NCBI GenBank assembly: GCA_964542745.1
Contig: CAZIVR010000005.1
Span: forward strand, 9,142 to 73,141
Source of the DNA: an uncultured bacterium
Lineage (GTDB): Bacteria; Eisenbacteria; RBG-16-71-46
DNA length: 64,000 nucleotides
Reading direction: 5' to 3'
Positions 40,728 through 49,964 of the stretch are shown here, piece by piece. A model generated the notes under the pieces. It ran no database searches. It saw nothing but the letters and a program-made list of their open reading frames with translations, and was not told the DNA's origin. The translations under genes and the position numbers were made by a program. How positions within the stretch are numbered: position 1 is the stretch's first letter; the number at the start of each line of letters is the position of its first letter.

Positions 40728-41516
40728 GTGAGCCCGGCGGCCGCCTTCGCGATCCTCGCAGGCGTGCTCGGCCTGGTCGTCGGGAGCGCCGTCACGGCGA
40801 TCGCCTACCGCGTTCCGCGCGGCCTCTCGTGGATCGCGGGGCGCTCGGCCTGCCCGGCCTGCCGCACCACGCTCGGCCCGCTCGACCTGATCCCGGTGCT
40901 CTCCTTCCTCCTCGCGCGCGGGCGCTGCCGCCACTGCCACGCGGGCGTCGCCTGGCGCTACCCGCTCACCGAACTCTGGTGCGGGGCCTGGGGAGTGCTG
41001 GTCTTCCGGCTGGTGGGCGCCACCTGGCTGTGGCCGCCGCTCATGATCTGGGGCGCGCTGCTCGTGGCGCTGTTCTGGATCGACCTCGACGAGCAGCTCC
41101 TGCCCGACGTGCTCACGTTTCCCGGAACGCTGGTGGGTCTCGCCGTGGCGCTCCCCAACCTCGGCGCCCGCCACTCGCTGCTCGGCGTGGTCGCGGGGAG
41201 CGGCCTGCTGTGGCTGCTGGGCTGGATCTGGATCCGCTTCCGGAAGATCGAGGGCCTCGGGTTCGGCGACGTGAAGCTCGCGGCCATGTTCGGCGTGGTG
41301 CTGGGCTGGAAGCTCACGATCCTGACCCTGTTCCTCGCCGCCCTCGCGGGCACCGTGTGGGGCGGCATCCTCATGGCCCGTGGCCTCGGGAGCGGCAAGA
41401 CGCCTCTGCCCTTCGGCGTGCTCCTCGCCCCGGCGGCCATGGTCGCGCTCCTGTGGGGCGACGGCTGGCTGCTCGCCTACTCGAGGATGCTCGCGGGGCT
41501 GGCCGGGCCGGGCTAG
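40728..41516 (+). CDS. pilD: prepilin peptidase PilD (A24 family)
   Basis: It has a Zn-binding tetracysteine motif CPACR...CRHC, catalytic Asp-containing motifs (WIDLDEQLLPD; GFGDVKL) and multiple TM. GTG at 40728 is the likely start. Confidence 0.8.
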   Translation: MSPAAAFAILAGVLGLVVGSAVTAIAYRVPRGLSWIAGRSACPACRTTLGPLDLIPVLSFLLARGRCRHCHAGVAWRYPLTELWCGAWGVLVFRLVGATWLWPPLMIWGALLVALFWIDLDEQLLPDVLTFPGTLVGLAVALPNLGARHSLLGVVAGSGLLWLLGWIWIRFRKIEGLGFGDVKLAAMFGVVLGWKLTILTLFLAALAGTVWGGILMARGLGSGKTPLPFGVLLAPAAMVALLWGDGWLLAYSRMLAGLAGPG

Positions 41517-41614
41517 GGTTCGATCGGGCGGGGGGGCGAGTGCCCACCTCCGCGCGCCTTCCCCGCCTCACTCCACGCGACCCGGCACGCCCGCCGTTCG
41601 CGGCGGCCTCCACC

Positions 41615-41672
41615 TCAAGTGACTTCTCAAGTCCGCGCCGCCCGCGCTTCAAGTGTTTTCTCAAGTGACCGG
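41615..41672. promoter_or_regulatory. four direct repeats of TCAAGT(G) arranged as two 12-bp-spaced pairs (candidate response-regulator-type binding sites)
   Basis: The repeats are TCAAGTGACTTC, TCAAGTCCGCGC and, 34 bp on, TCAAGTGTTTTC, TCAAGTGACCGG. They lie in the 200-bp region upstream of the 41718 membrane-protein gene and downstream of pilD. Confidence 0.4.
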
Positions 41673-41717
41673 GCGCATCCTGCCGGGACTTTCACGGGCT
41701 GCTAGACTGCCCGCCCT

Positions 41718-43163
41718 ATGGACGGACGGCTCACCCTCGGCGCGCTCCTGATCGCGCTGGTCGCATGGCTCGGGATCCTGCTCACGGCGTGGCCCACGTG
41801 GGAGGGCATGAACCACGCGACCGGGATCGTGGCCGCGTGCGCCGACGGCGCCCTCCACGGCGAAGCGCCCGGGTCGAACCGCGGCTCGGCGTTCCTCGGC
41901 ACCCCCTACTTCCCGCCGGTTCCCCTGCTGGTCGCCGCGGCCCGGAGCACCGGCATGTCGTGGCGCGCGGCGCTGCGCTGGGTGAACCTGTTCTCGATCC
42001 TGGCGCTGCTCGCGGCGGTCGCCCTGTGCGGCCAGGCGCTCGGGGGCGGCGGGGTCGCGCTCACCGTGTCGCTCGGCCTGCTGCTCGTGAGCTACCCGTT
42101 CGTGCGCGCGAGCCTCGCCGGGCGCGCCGACCCGCTCGCCGCCGCGCTGGCGATCGCGGCGCTCGCGGCGTGGTGCCAGGATCCGCGGCGCCGCGGCTGG
42201 TGGGCGCCGGCCCTCGCCGCGGCGTCGTGGCTGGTGAAGGCGACCTCCTTCACCGTCCCGCTCGCGGTGATGCTCTCGGCCTTCGCCCCGGGCGCGCGGC
42301 GCGGCGCCGGCCCGTTCGCCGCCCGCTTCTTCGCCGGCGTGGCGGCGGGCGTGGTGCTCACCATGCCGTGGCTCGGGCCCGGGTGGTACGGCGAGGTGCT
42401 GTACACGCTCGCCTTCTCGCCACCCAACACCGGGGTGCTCGCGCGCGGTCCCTTCGAGCTGCTGCGCTACCTCGCCAGCTTCGCCGAGCTCGCCATCGTG
42501 GCGGGGCTCGCCATCGTGTTCCTCACCGGGGAATGGTCGCGCGGCCGGCCGATCCGGCCCTTCGCGATCGCCTCGCTCGCCCTCGCGATGCTGGCCATGG
42601 TCAACCGCGGCTCCGACCACAACCACCTGCTGGAGCTGACCGCGCTCGGCGCGGTGGCGGCCGGGTTGTGGGCCGAGCACGCCACCCGCCGCGAGGCGGC
42701 GCTCGGGCTCGCCCTGATCCTGCTCGCGGTGGGCGGCGCCGCGTGGCGCGAGTCGCGCGCCGTGGGACGGGCCGCGCGCGCCCCGGAGGCGAAGCGGGGC
42801 GAGGTGCTCGCGGCGGTCCGCGCCGAGGGCGGGCTGGTGCTGTGCGAGGACCCGCTGATCGCCCTCGCGGCCGGCCGCCGCGCCGAGATCTCGGACGCCT
42901 CCACGCTGCGCTCGCGGCTCGCCCGGCGCGACCCGCGCGCCCGGGCGACCGTGGACCGGATCGAGGAGGGGCGCTACTCGCTGGTCGTGCTCAACGAGGA
43001 TCTCGACCGGGGCCGCGACCACTGGTACCGGGACTTCCAGTTCGGGGAGGCCGCGGCGGGAGCGATCGCGTCGCGCTACGTGAAGAGCGGCGTGCGCGAC
43101 GGCTACCACCTCTACCGGCCCGCCGCGCTCGCCGGACCGCCCGCCCCGGCCGCGACGCGCTGA
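41718..43163 (+). CDS. integral membrane protein (multi-TM; possibly glycosyltransferase-like / DUF2029-type)
   Basis: It is 481 aa with about 10 hydrophobic helices and a C-terminal soluble region. Confidence 0.55.
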   Translation: MDGRLTLGALLIALVAWLGILLTAWPTWEGMNHATGIVAACADGALHGEAPGSNRGSAFLGTPYFPPVPLLVAAARSTGMSWRAALRWVNLFSILALLAAVALCGQALGGGGVALTVSLGLLLVSYPFVRASLAGRADPLAAALAIAALAAWCQDPRRRGWWAPALAAASWLVKATSFTVPLAVMLSAFAPGARRGAGPFAARFFAGVAAGVVLTMPWLGPGWYGEVLYTLAFSPPNTGVLARGPFELLRYLASFAELAIVAGLAIVFLTGEWSRGRPIRPFAIASLALAMLAMVNRGSDHNHLLELTALGAVAAGLWAEHATRREAALGLALILLAVGGAAWRESRAVGRAARAPEAKRGEVLAAVRAEGGLVLCEDPLIALAAGRRAEISDASTLRSRLARRDPRARATVDRIEEGRYSLVVLNEDLDRGRDHWYRDFQFGEAAAGAIASRYVKSGVRDGYHLYRPAALAGPPAPAATR

Positions 43164-43191
43164 GTCCCTGGCGGCCGGCGTCCCCGGCGCT

Positions 43192-44469
43192 TCAGGCCGC
43201 GAGACGCTCCGCCGGGTCGCCCGTTCCGGACGCCGGCGCCGGCGAGCCGCCGTAGATCGGGACCAGCAGCTCGCCGCACAGCGCCTGGAGCAGCGCCCCG
43301 CGTTCCACGGTGAGGCGTCCCTCCGCGATCAGCCGGTCCAGGTCCATGAGCCGCTGCTCGCGGAACACGTGGTCCACGCGCTCGGCCACGAACAGCAGCT
43401 CGGCGAGCCGGTCCCCCGCCGCGGGGACCGTGTCCCGGTGGTGCGTCGCCACCGAGAGCGCCGAGTCCTCGCCGAGTTCCCAGCGCAGCATCGCGAGCCC
43501 GCCGAGCGGCTCGTGCAGCCGGTGGAGGAGATCGGGGAACGCGCGATCCGGGAGCCGCGCGTCGCGCCGGTTGCGGCTACGGAACCCCGAGAGGTGGTCG
43601 AGGATCACGAGCTTCCCGAGGTCGTGCAGCAGCCCCATCGTGAACGCGCGCTCGGGCTGGACGCCGAAGGTCGCGGCGAGGTCGCGGGCGATCGGGGCGG
43701 TGCGCGTCATGTGAGACCAGACTTCGTTCAGCACCGGGTCGTAGGCCCCGCCCGGGCGGCACAGCGTTCCCTCGACGAGCCGCGAGATCACCACGCCCTC
43801 GATGGCGCGGCCCCCGATGCGCTGCACCGCGTGGCCGATCGAGGAGCACACCTCGCCGCCGCGCCGGTAGAACACGGAGTTGGCGACGGTCAGGAGACCG
43901 TGGGCCATCGCCGGGTCGTTCTCGAAGATCCGGACCAGCGCCGAGGTCGTGCTCTCGGGATCGCGCGCGACGGTGAGCGCCTGCTGGGCGGCGATCGGCG
44001 GCTGCCGGATCAGCTCCAGGTCGGCGGCCGCGATCGCTTCGAGGACCTCGTCGAGATCCCCGGTCCCGGAGGTGCGCGCACTCAGCTCGCGGCGGCGCGC
44101 CTCCAGCGTTTCGCGGAGCCAGCCCTGCACGTCGCCGGTGAAGGCGGGATCCTCGGCCCACGGCTCGCGGGCCGGCGCGGGCCGGGCCGCGGGTCCCGAC
44201 GAGGCCGGCGCGGAGACCGGGACTTCGGAAGCGCCGGATCGAGCGCCGCTCCCGGCCGGTCCGATGGGCTCGACCGGGGCGGCCACCACGGGCCCGGCCG
44301 AAACGGCCTCGGGGGCCCGATCGCCCGGGGCCGCCGCCGGCGCGGGAATCGCGACGGAGGCCGCGTGCGGCCGGTTCGCGGATGGGGCCGTCGCGGACGC
44401 CGGGTCCCTCCGCTCGCGCTCCGGGGCGGGGGACACCGACTTCCAGAGACTCTTCAGGAACTCGAGCAC
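43192..44469 (-). CDS. HDOD domain signalling protein with Ala/Pro-rich N-terminal region
   Basis: The C-terminal ~280 aa matches HDOD (HD-related output domain; ...MGLLHDLGKLVILDH...). Confidence 0.7.
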   Translation of the reverse strand: MLEFLKSLWKSVSPAPERERRDPASATAPSANRPHAASVAIPAPAAAPGDRAPEAVSAGPVVAAPVEPIGPAGSGARSGASEVPVSAPASSGPAARPAPAREPWAEDPAFTGDVQGWLRETLEARRRELSARTSGTGDLDEVLEAIAAADLELIRQPPIAAQQALTVARDPESTTSALVRIFENDPAMAHGLLTVANSVFYRRGGEVCSSIGHAVQRIGGRAIEGVVISRLVEGTLCRPGGAYDPVLNEVWSHMTRTAPIARDLAATFGVQPERAFTMGLLHDLGKLVILDHLSGFRSRNRRDARLPDRAFPDLLHRLHEPLGGLAMLRWELGEDSALSVATHHRDTVPAAGDRLAELLFVAERVDHVFREQRLMDLDRLIAEGRLTVERGALLQALCGELLVPIYGGSPAPASGTGDPAERLAA

Positions 44470-44635
44470 CCACTCCCCCCTTCGCCAGGCACGGCGGCAC
44501 GGGCCGACGGCGTTCGTCCGGTTTCCAGTCTCGCCCGCCGCGGCCGGGACTTGAGGGGCGGGGAGGAAAGGGCGCGGCGCGGGCCCCGGGGGGTGGCAGG
44601 GGGGAAGGGCCGCGGAGGCGCGCGGCCGGGGCGGC

Positions 44636-45358
44636 TCAGCCCAGGTTGTGGAAAACCTTCTGGACGTCCTCGTCCTGCTCGAGCGCGTCGATCATGCGGA
44701 GCACCTCGTTGGCTTTCGCCTCCGGGAGCTCGACGGGCGTCGTGGGGATGTATTCGGACTCCGCCGAGACCGGCGCGATGCCGCGGTCCTCGAGCGCCTT
44801 CTGGAGGTGGCCGAACTCCGCGAACGCGCAGCGGACCAGCAGCTGCGGCTCGCCCTTCTCCCCCACGCTCTCCCCCATCTCCTCGAGTCCGTGGTCGATC
44901 AGCTCCAGCTCGAGCGACTCGGGGTCGAGTCCCTCGGGCTTGAGGCGGAACACGCCCATGCGCCGGAACTGGAAACCGACGCTGCCGGTGGCGCCGAGGT
45001 TGCCGCCGCCCTTGTTGAACGCGCTCCTCACGTTGGCCACCGTGCGCGTCGGGTTGTCGGTCGCGCACTCCACCAGCACCGCGACACCGTGCGGCGCGTA
45101 GCCCTCGTAGAGGATCTCCTCGTAGTTCGCCACGTTCTGCCCGGAGGCGCGCTTGATGGCCGCGTCCACCTTGTCCTTGGGCATGTTCACGGCGCGGGCG
45201 TTCTGGATCACGCGGCGCAGGGCGGGATTGTTCTCGGGGCTCGGCCCCCCGGCCTTGACCGCGATGGTGATTTCCTTGCCGATGCGCGCGAACGCCTTGG
45301 ACATGCGGTCCCAGCGCGCGAACATCGTGGCCTTGCGGGTTTCGAAGATGCGTCCCAT
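44636..45358 (-). CDS. yebC: YebC/PmpR family DNA-binding transcriptional regulator
   Basis: The full-length 240 aa is highly conserved ([23 protein letters not shown]...GGGNLG). Confidence 0.9.
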   Translation of the reverse strand: MGRIFETRKATMFARWDRMSKAFARIGKEITIAVKAGGPSPENNPALRRVIQNARAVNMPKDKVDAAIKRASGQNVANYEEILYEGYAPHGVAVLVECATDNPTRTVANVRSAFNKGGGNLGATGSVGFQFRRMGVFRLKPEGLDPESLELELIDHGLEEMGESVGEKGEPQLLVRCAFAEFGHLQKALEDRGIAPVSAESEYIPTTPVELPEAKANEVLRMIDALEQDEDVQKVFHNLG

Positions 45359-45540
45359 GGCCGGGAATCTAGGCAGTCGCGCGCGCCGTGTCGAATCGTC
45401 CGGAGCGCGGTTCGGGAGCGGGCGGCTCCGCCCCCTCTGCTAGAATCGCGGCGCCTCTGGCCCCGCGCTCCGCTCCCCGGAGCGTCCTCCGACCCCACCG
45501 GCGGGCCCGCGCCCGCGCCGCTCGAAGAGGATCCTCCCCC

Positions 45541-48500
45541 ATGCCCCCGGCCGCCCGCTCCCGCACCCCGCTCCTCGCGCTCGCGTCGCTCCTGCTCCTG
45601 GCCCCCGGCGCCGCGCTCGCGGGAGGTCCGATCACTTCCGGCTCGACGGTCGCCGGTTCGCTCTCCGGCCCCACGTTCCTCGAGTCGTGGACCTTCAGCG
45701 GGTCGGCCGGGCAGCGTGTGGTGATCGCCGCGGTCACCTCGGGCGGCGCGGTCAACACCAACGTCACGCTGCGCAATCCCGCGCTCGGGGTGACGTACAC
45801 GACCTCCCTCGACCGCTCCGAATTCCTGCTCGACGCGACCGGCACCTGGCGGATCGACGTCGAGGACGTGGGTCTCAACGACGCCGGCACCTACAACCTG
45901 ACGTTCCTCAACCTCACCGCCGGCCCGCTCACGTCGGGGGGCGACGCGGACGGCGGCCCCATCGTGTCCGGCGAGATCAAGACCGGTTCCAACGCCACGA
46001 CGTCCGACATGGACGCGTTCACCTTCACGGGGACGGCCGGGAATCGCGTGCTGGTCGGCGCCATCGCCACGGCGGGTGCTTCGTACAACACCACGCTCTA
46101 TCTCTACCCTCCCGGCGGAGGCGCCGCGGAAGCCTCGACGTTCGGCGACCGCCTCGACGTGGCGCTCGCCGCCACCGGCACCTACACGATTCTGGTCGAG
46201 GACCAGTCCAACGACCACACCGGCAGCTACTCGCTGGCGATGACGAACGTCACGGCCGGCCCCTACACGAGCGCCGGGGACGCCGACGGCGGCTCGCTCT
46301 CCTCGGCCGAAGTGCGGGCCGGACAGGCTCAGGCGGTGGGCGACTTCGACGTGTTCCGCTTCACCGGCGTGGTCGGACAGCGCGTGGTGATCGGCGCGCT
46401 CGCCACCGGCGGCGCGATGAACACCAACCTGTCGCTCTACCCGCCCGGCGGCGGGGCGGCGCTCTTCAGCAACTCCTCCGACCGGGCCGAGGCGCAGCTG
46501 ACCGCGTCCGGCACCTGGTCCATCGTCGTCGAGGACCTGGGCCAGGACGCGACCGGCAGCTACTCGGTTTCGTTCCTCAACCTCCAGGGCGGTCCCCACA
46601 CGTTCGGCGCCGATCAGGACTCCGCCGCGCTGGCCTCCAACCAGATCTTCTCGGGCACCATCGGCTCGGTCGTGGACTTCGACGCGTTCACGTTCTCGGG
46701 CACGGCCGGCCAGCGCGTGCTGTTCTCGGGCATCGCGACCGCGGGCGCCTCCTTCAACACCACGTTCTACCTCTACCCGCCCAACGGCGGTCCGCTGGAG
46801 ACCTCGACCTTCGGCGACAAGCTGGACCACCAGCTGCTCCAGAGCGGCACCTACACGGTCGTGCTCGAGGACCAGAACCTCGACCACACCGGGAGCTACA
46901 CCGTGTCCTACTACAACGTCACGGCCGGCCCCTTCACCTCGGTGGGCGATCCGGACGGAGGCGTCATCGGCTCCTCCGAGATCCGAAGCGGCGCGATCGG
47001 GTCGGTGGGCGACTTCGACGGGTTCCGGCTGAGCGCCTCCGTCGGGCAACGGCTGGTGATCGGCGCGCTGGCCACCAGCGGGGCGATCAACACCATGGTG
47101 TCCGTGTATCCCCCCTTCGGCGGGGCCGCGGTGGCCAGCTCCTCCTCCGATCGCGTGGAAGTGCAGGTCTCGGCCACGGGCCAGTGGACGATCGTGGTCG
47201 AAGACGGGGGACAGGACGCCACCGGCAACTACAGCTTCGGGTACGTCAACCTGCAGGCCGGGCCCCACGTCACGGCCGGCGACCCGGACGGCGGCGCGCT
47301 CGCCTCGGACGGGATCCGGAGCGCCTCGCATCAGGTGCCCCTCGACATGGACGTGTTCACGATCACCGGAAACGTCGGCGACCGCGTGGTGATCTCCGCC
47401 GTCTCCACGAGCGGGGCCCCTCACAACACGACGCTCTACGCCTACCCGCCCAACGGCGGAGGGCTCGAGGCCTCCACCTTCGCGGACCGGCTCGACTTCC
47501 AGCTCGCGCAGAGCGGGACCTACGCGATCCTGGTCGAGGACCAGAACTTCGACCACACCGGGAACTACGAGGTGACCGCCCTCAATCTCACGACGGGGCC
47601 CTACACGTCCTCGGACCCGGACGGGGGTCCGCTCGCCTCGGCCGAGATCCGGCCCGGCGGATTCCAGGCGGTCGGGGACCTCGACGCGTACCAGTTCACG
47701 GGCGCGCTCGGCCAGCGGGTGGTGATCGGCGCGGTCGCCGCGACGGGCGCCGTCAACACCAACGTCACGCTCTATCCGCCCGGGGGCGGCGCCGCGCTCG
47801 TGGCGACCTCCTCGGACCGCACCGAGTTCCAGCTCACCGCCACCGGAACCTGGACGATCCTCGTCGAAGACGTCGGCCAGGACGCCACCGGAACCTACAC
47901 GCTCGGCTTCATCAACCTGCAGGGGGGGCCGCTCTCCACCCTCGCCGACCCCGACGGCGGCACGGTCGCCTCGGGCGGGTTCGGCTCGGGCACGACCGGC
48001 GGCCCCGTGGACTTCGACGCCTTCACGATCTCGGGCAACGCCGGGGACCGGGTGGTGGTGACCGCCCTGGCGACCGCGCCCTCGCCCTACAACACGACCG
48101 TCTACGCCTACCCGCCGAACGGGGGCCTGACCGAGGCCAGCACCTTCGCCGACCGGCTCGACTTCCAGCTCCTCCAGAGCGGCACCTACACGATCCTGGT
48201 CGAGGATCAGAACCTGGACCACGCCGGCAGTTACGTCGTGTCGTACCAGAACCTCACCGCAGGCCCCGACGCCACGGTGTCGGATCCGGACGGCGGCGTG
48301 CTCGCGTCCGCGGAGATCCTGTCGGGGCAGATCCAGGCCAAGGGCGACATGGACGTGTACCGCTTCACGGGCTCGACGTCGCAGCGCGTCGTCATCGGGG
48401 CGGTCGCGACGAGCGGGGCCCTCAACACCAACGTCACGCTCTACCCGCCGGGGAACGGCGCGGCGGTCGTCTCCACGTCGGCCGATCGCTTCGAATTCCA

Positions 48501-49584
48501 GCTCACCCACACCGGAACCTGGACGCTGGTCGTGGACGACGTGGGGCAGGACACCACCGGAAGCTACCGGGTGACGCTCATGAACCTGCAGGCCGGCCCG
48601 TTCACGACCGGCCTCGACGGCGACGGCGGCGCGCTCGACTCGAACGTGCCGCGCAGCGGCACGGTCTCGGAGATCGCCGATCTCGAGGCCTACCGCTTTT
48701 TCGGCACCGCGGGCGACCGGGTGGTGGTCGCGGCGGTGGCGTCGGCGGCGCCCCCCTTCAACACGACCCTGTACCTCTACCCGCCCAGCGGGGCGGCCGC
48801 GGAGGCCAGCACGCTCGCCGACCGCATGGACGCGCAACTGCTGCTGACCGGCTTCCACACGCTGCTGGTCGAGGACCAGAACCTGGATCACACCGGCGGC
48901 TACACGGTGTCCATGGTGAACCTGAAGGCGGGCCCGCTCGTCACCGCCGCGGATCCCGACGGCGGTCAGGTGGGCGCGGGCGCGTTCCGCGCCGGGACGA
49001 TCTCGGGCCGCGCCGATTTCGACGCCTACGTGTTCTACGCCGTCCCCGGCGACACCGCGAGGATCACGGCGGTGACGACCTCGGGCACGCTCAACACCGA
49101 GATCGTGCTGTACGCCCCCTTGGTGGCGGGGCCCGTCGTGTTCACCTCGCTCGACAACGTCACCTATCCGGTCACCGGGGCGGGCTATCACGTCGTCGTG
49201 ATCGAGGACGTCGGGCTCGACGACTCGGGCGGATACAACTTTTCCCTCGCCGGCCCGCTCAGCGTCGTGGACGCGCCGTACGCCGGCCCCGCGCTCCTCG
49301 ATCCCTCGCGGGTGGTGATGGCGGCGGCGAGCCCCAACCCCTCGGCCGGCCCTTCGGCCCTCACGTTCTCGCTCCCGGCGAGGACGACGGCCTCCCTCCG
49401 CCTGTACGATGTCCGCGGCGCGCTGGTGCGGGAACTCCAGGACGGCCCGCTGGAAGCGGGCATCCACCGGCGCGCCTGGGACGGACGCGCCGCCGACGGC
49501 GCCCCGGCCGGGCCCGGCGTCTACTTCGCCGAATTGCGGACACCCGGGGAAATCCTGCGGCAAAAGCTGGTGCGGCTGCGCTGA
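45541..49584 (+). CDS. giant secreted repeat protein: 11 tandem ~110-aa beta-sandwich (PPC/pre-peptidase-C-terminal-like) repeats in alternating A/B subtypes plus FlgD-Ig/T9SS-type C-terminal sorting domain
   Basis: It has a signal peptide MPPAARSRTPLLALASLLLLAPGAALA. Type A repeats carry ...GDxDxFxFTGxxGQRVVIGAxATxGAxNTNVxLYPPGGGAAxxSxSSDRxEFQLTAxGTWxIxVEDxGQDATGxYxxxFxNLQxGP. Type B repeats carry ...YNTTLYxYPPNGGxLEASTFxDRLDFQLxQSGTYTILVEDQNxDHTGxY. The CTD is PNPSAGPSALTFSLPARTTASLRLYDVRGALVREL...GVYFAELRT. Confidence 0.8.
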   Translation: MPPAARSRTPLLALASLLLLAPGAALAGGPITSGSTVAGSLSGPTFLESWTFSGSAGQRVVIAAVTSGGAVNTNVTLRNPALGVTYTTSLDRSEFLLDATGTWRIDVEDVGLNDAGTYNLTFLNLTAGPLTSGGDADGGPIVSGEIKTGSNATTSDMDAFTFTGTAGNRVLVGAIATAGASYNTTLYLYPPGGGAAEASTFGDRLDVALAATGTYTILVEDQSNDHTGSYSLAMTNVTAGPYTSAGDADGGSLSSAEVRAGQAQAVGDFDVFRFTGVVGQRVVIGALATGGAMNTNLSLYPPGGGAALFSNSSDRAEAQLTASGTWSIVVEDLGQDATGSYSVSFLNLQGGPHTFGADQDSAALASNQIFSGTIGSVVDFDAFTFSGTAGQRVLFSGIATAGASFNTTFYLYPPNGGPLETSTFGDKLDHQLLQSGTYTVVLEDQNLDHTGSYTVSYYNVTAGPFTSVGDPDGGVIGSSEIRSGAIGSVGDFDGFRLSASVGQRLVIGALATSGAINTMVSVYPPFGGAAVASSSSDRVEVQVSATGQWTIVVEDGGQDATGNYSFGYVNLQAGPHVTAGDPDGGALASDGIRSASHQVPLDMDVFTITGNVGDRVVISAVSTSGAPHNTTLYAYPPNGGGLEASTFADRLDFQLAQSGTYAILVEDQNFDHTGNYEVTALNLTTGPYTSSDPDGGPLASAEIRPGGFQAVGDLDAYQFTGALGQRVVIGAVAATGAVNTNVTLYPPGGGAALVATSSDRTEFQLTATGTWTILVEDVGQDATGTYTLGFINLQGGPLSTLADPDGGTVASGGFGSGTTGGPVDFDAFTISGNAGDRVVVTALATAPSPYNTTVYAYPPNGGLTEASTFADRLDFQLLQSGTYTILVEDQNLDHAGSYVVSYQNLTAGPDATVSDPDGGVLASAEILSGQIQAKGDMDVYRFTGSTSQRVVIGAVATSGALNTNVTLYPPGNGAAVVSTSADRFEFQLTHTGTWTLVVDDVGQDTTGSYRVTLMNLQAGPFTTGLDGDGGALDSNVPRSGTVSEIADLEAYRFFGTAGDRVVVAAVASAAPPFNTTLYLYPPSGAAAEASTLADRMDAQLLLTGFHTLLVEDQNLDHTGGYTVSMVNLKAGPLVTAADPDGGQVGAGAFRAGTISGRADFDAYVFYAVPGDTARITAVTTSGTLNTEIVLYAPLVAGPVVFTSLDNVTYPVTGAGYHVVVIEDVGLDDSGGYNFSLAGPLSVVDAPYAGPALLDPSRVVMAAASPNPSAGPSALTFSLPARTTASLRLYDVRGALVRELQDGPLEAGIHRRAWDGRAADGAPAGPGVYFAELRTPGEILRQKLVRLR
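45625..49270. repeat. ~330-nt coding tandem repeats (about 11 copies) with a ~660-nt two-subtype super-period
   Basis: The repeat structure is evident at the protein level. It generates long spurious ORFs in the other frames (45687..49964 +, 45208..49563 -). Confidence 0.75.
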
Positions 49585-49610
49585 GGCGCGCCGCCGGAAA
49601 GGAGTTGGGC

Positions 49611-49964
49611 ATGAACATCCGACGCGCCGACGAGGTGCCCGCCGAGCCGGTCGCCGCCGGCCGAGGCACCACCCGGCAGGTCCTGATCGGCCCCGACGTG
49701 GGGCCGCACTTCGCGCTGCGCCGGTTCATCATGGAGCCGGGCGGCGGCATTCCGGCCCACACCAACACCGTGGAGCACGAGCAGTACGTGCTGTGCGGGC
49801 GGGCGCGCCTCGGGATCGGCGGCGAGGTGCGCGAGGTGACGGGCGGCGACGTGGTCTTCATCCCGGCGGGCACCCCGCACTGGTACGAAGTCCTCGGCAG
49901 CGAGCGCTTCGAGTTCCTGTGCGTGGTGCCGAACCTGCCGGACCAGATGGAGATGGTGAAGTAG
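49611..49964 (+). CDS. cupin domain protein
   Basis: It is 117 aa with cupin motifs (PGGGIPAHTNTVEHEQYVL...GDVVFIPAGTPHWY). AAAGGAG RBS. Confidence 0.7.
   Translation: MNIRRADEVPAEPVAAGRGTTRQVLIGPDVGPHFALRRFIMEPGGGIPAHTNTVEHEQYVLCGRARLGIGGEVREVTGGDVVFIPAGTPHWYEVLGSERFEFLCVVPNLPDQMEMVK

Noticed and set aside
44470-44635. G-rich tract (gaggggcggggaggaaagggcgcgg...ggggggtggcaggggggaaggg), possible G-quadruplex
   Set aside because: G-runs are expected by chance at this GC content. There is no clear four-run spacing conserved enough to call.
45208-49964. Very long alternative-frame ORFs (45687..49964 +, 45208..49563 -) over the repeat-protein gene
   Set aside because: They are generated by the GC-rich tandem repeats. 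Their translations are Arg/Gly/His-rich with no structure. Only the 45541..49584 frame gives periodic, conserved-motif protein repeats.
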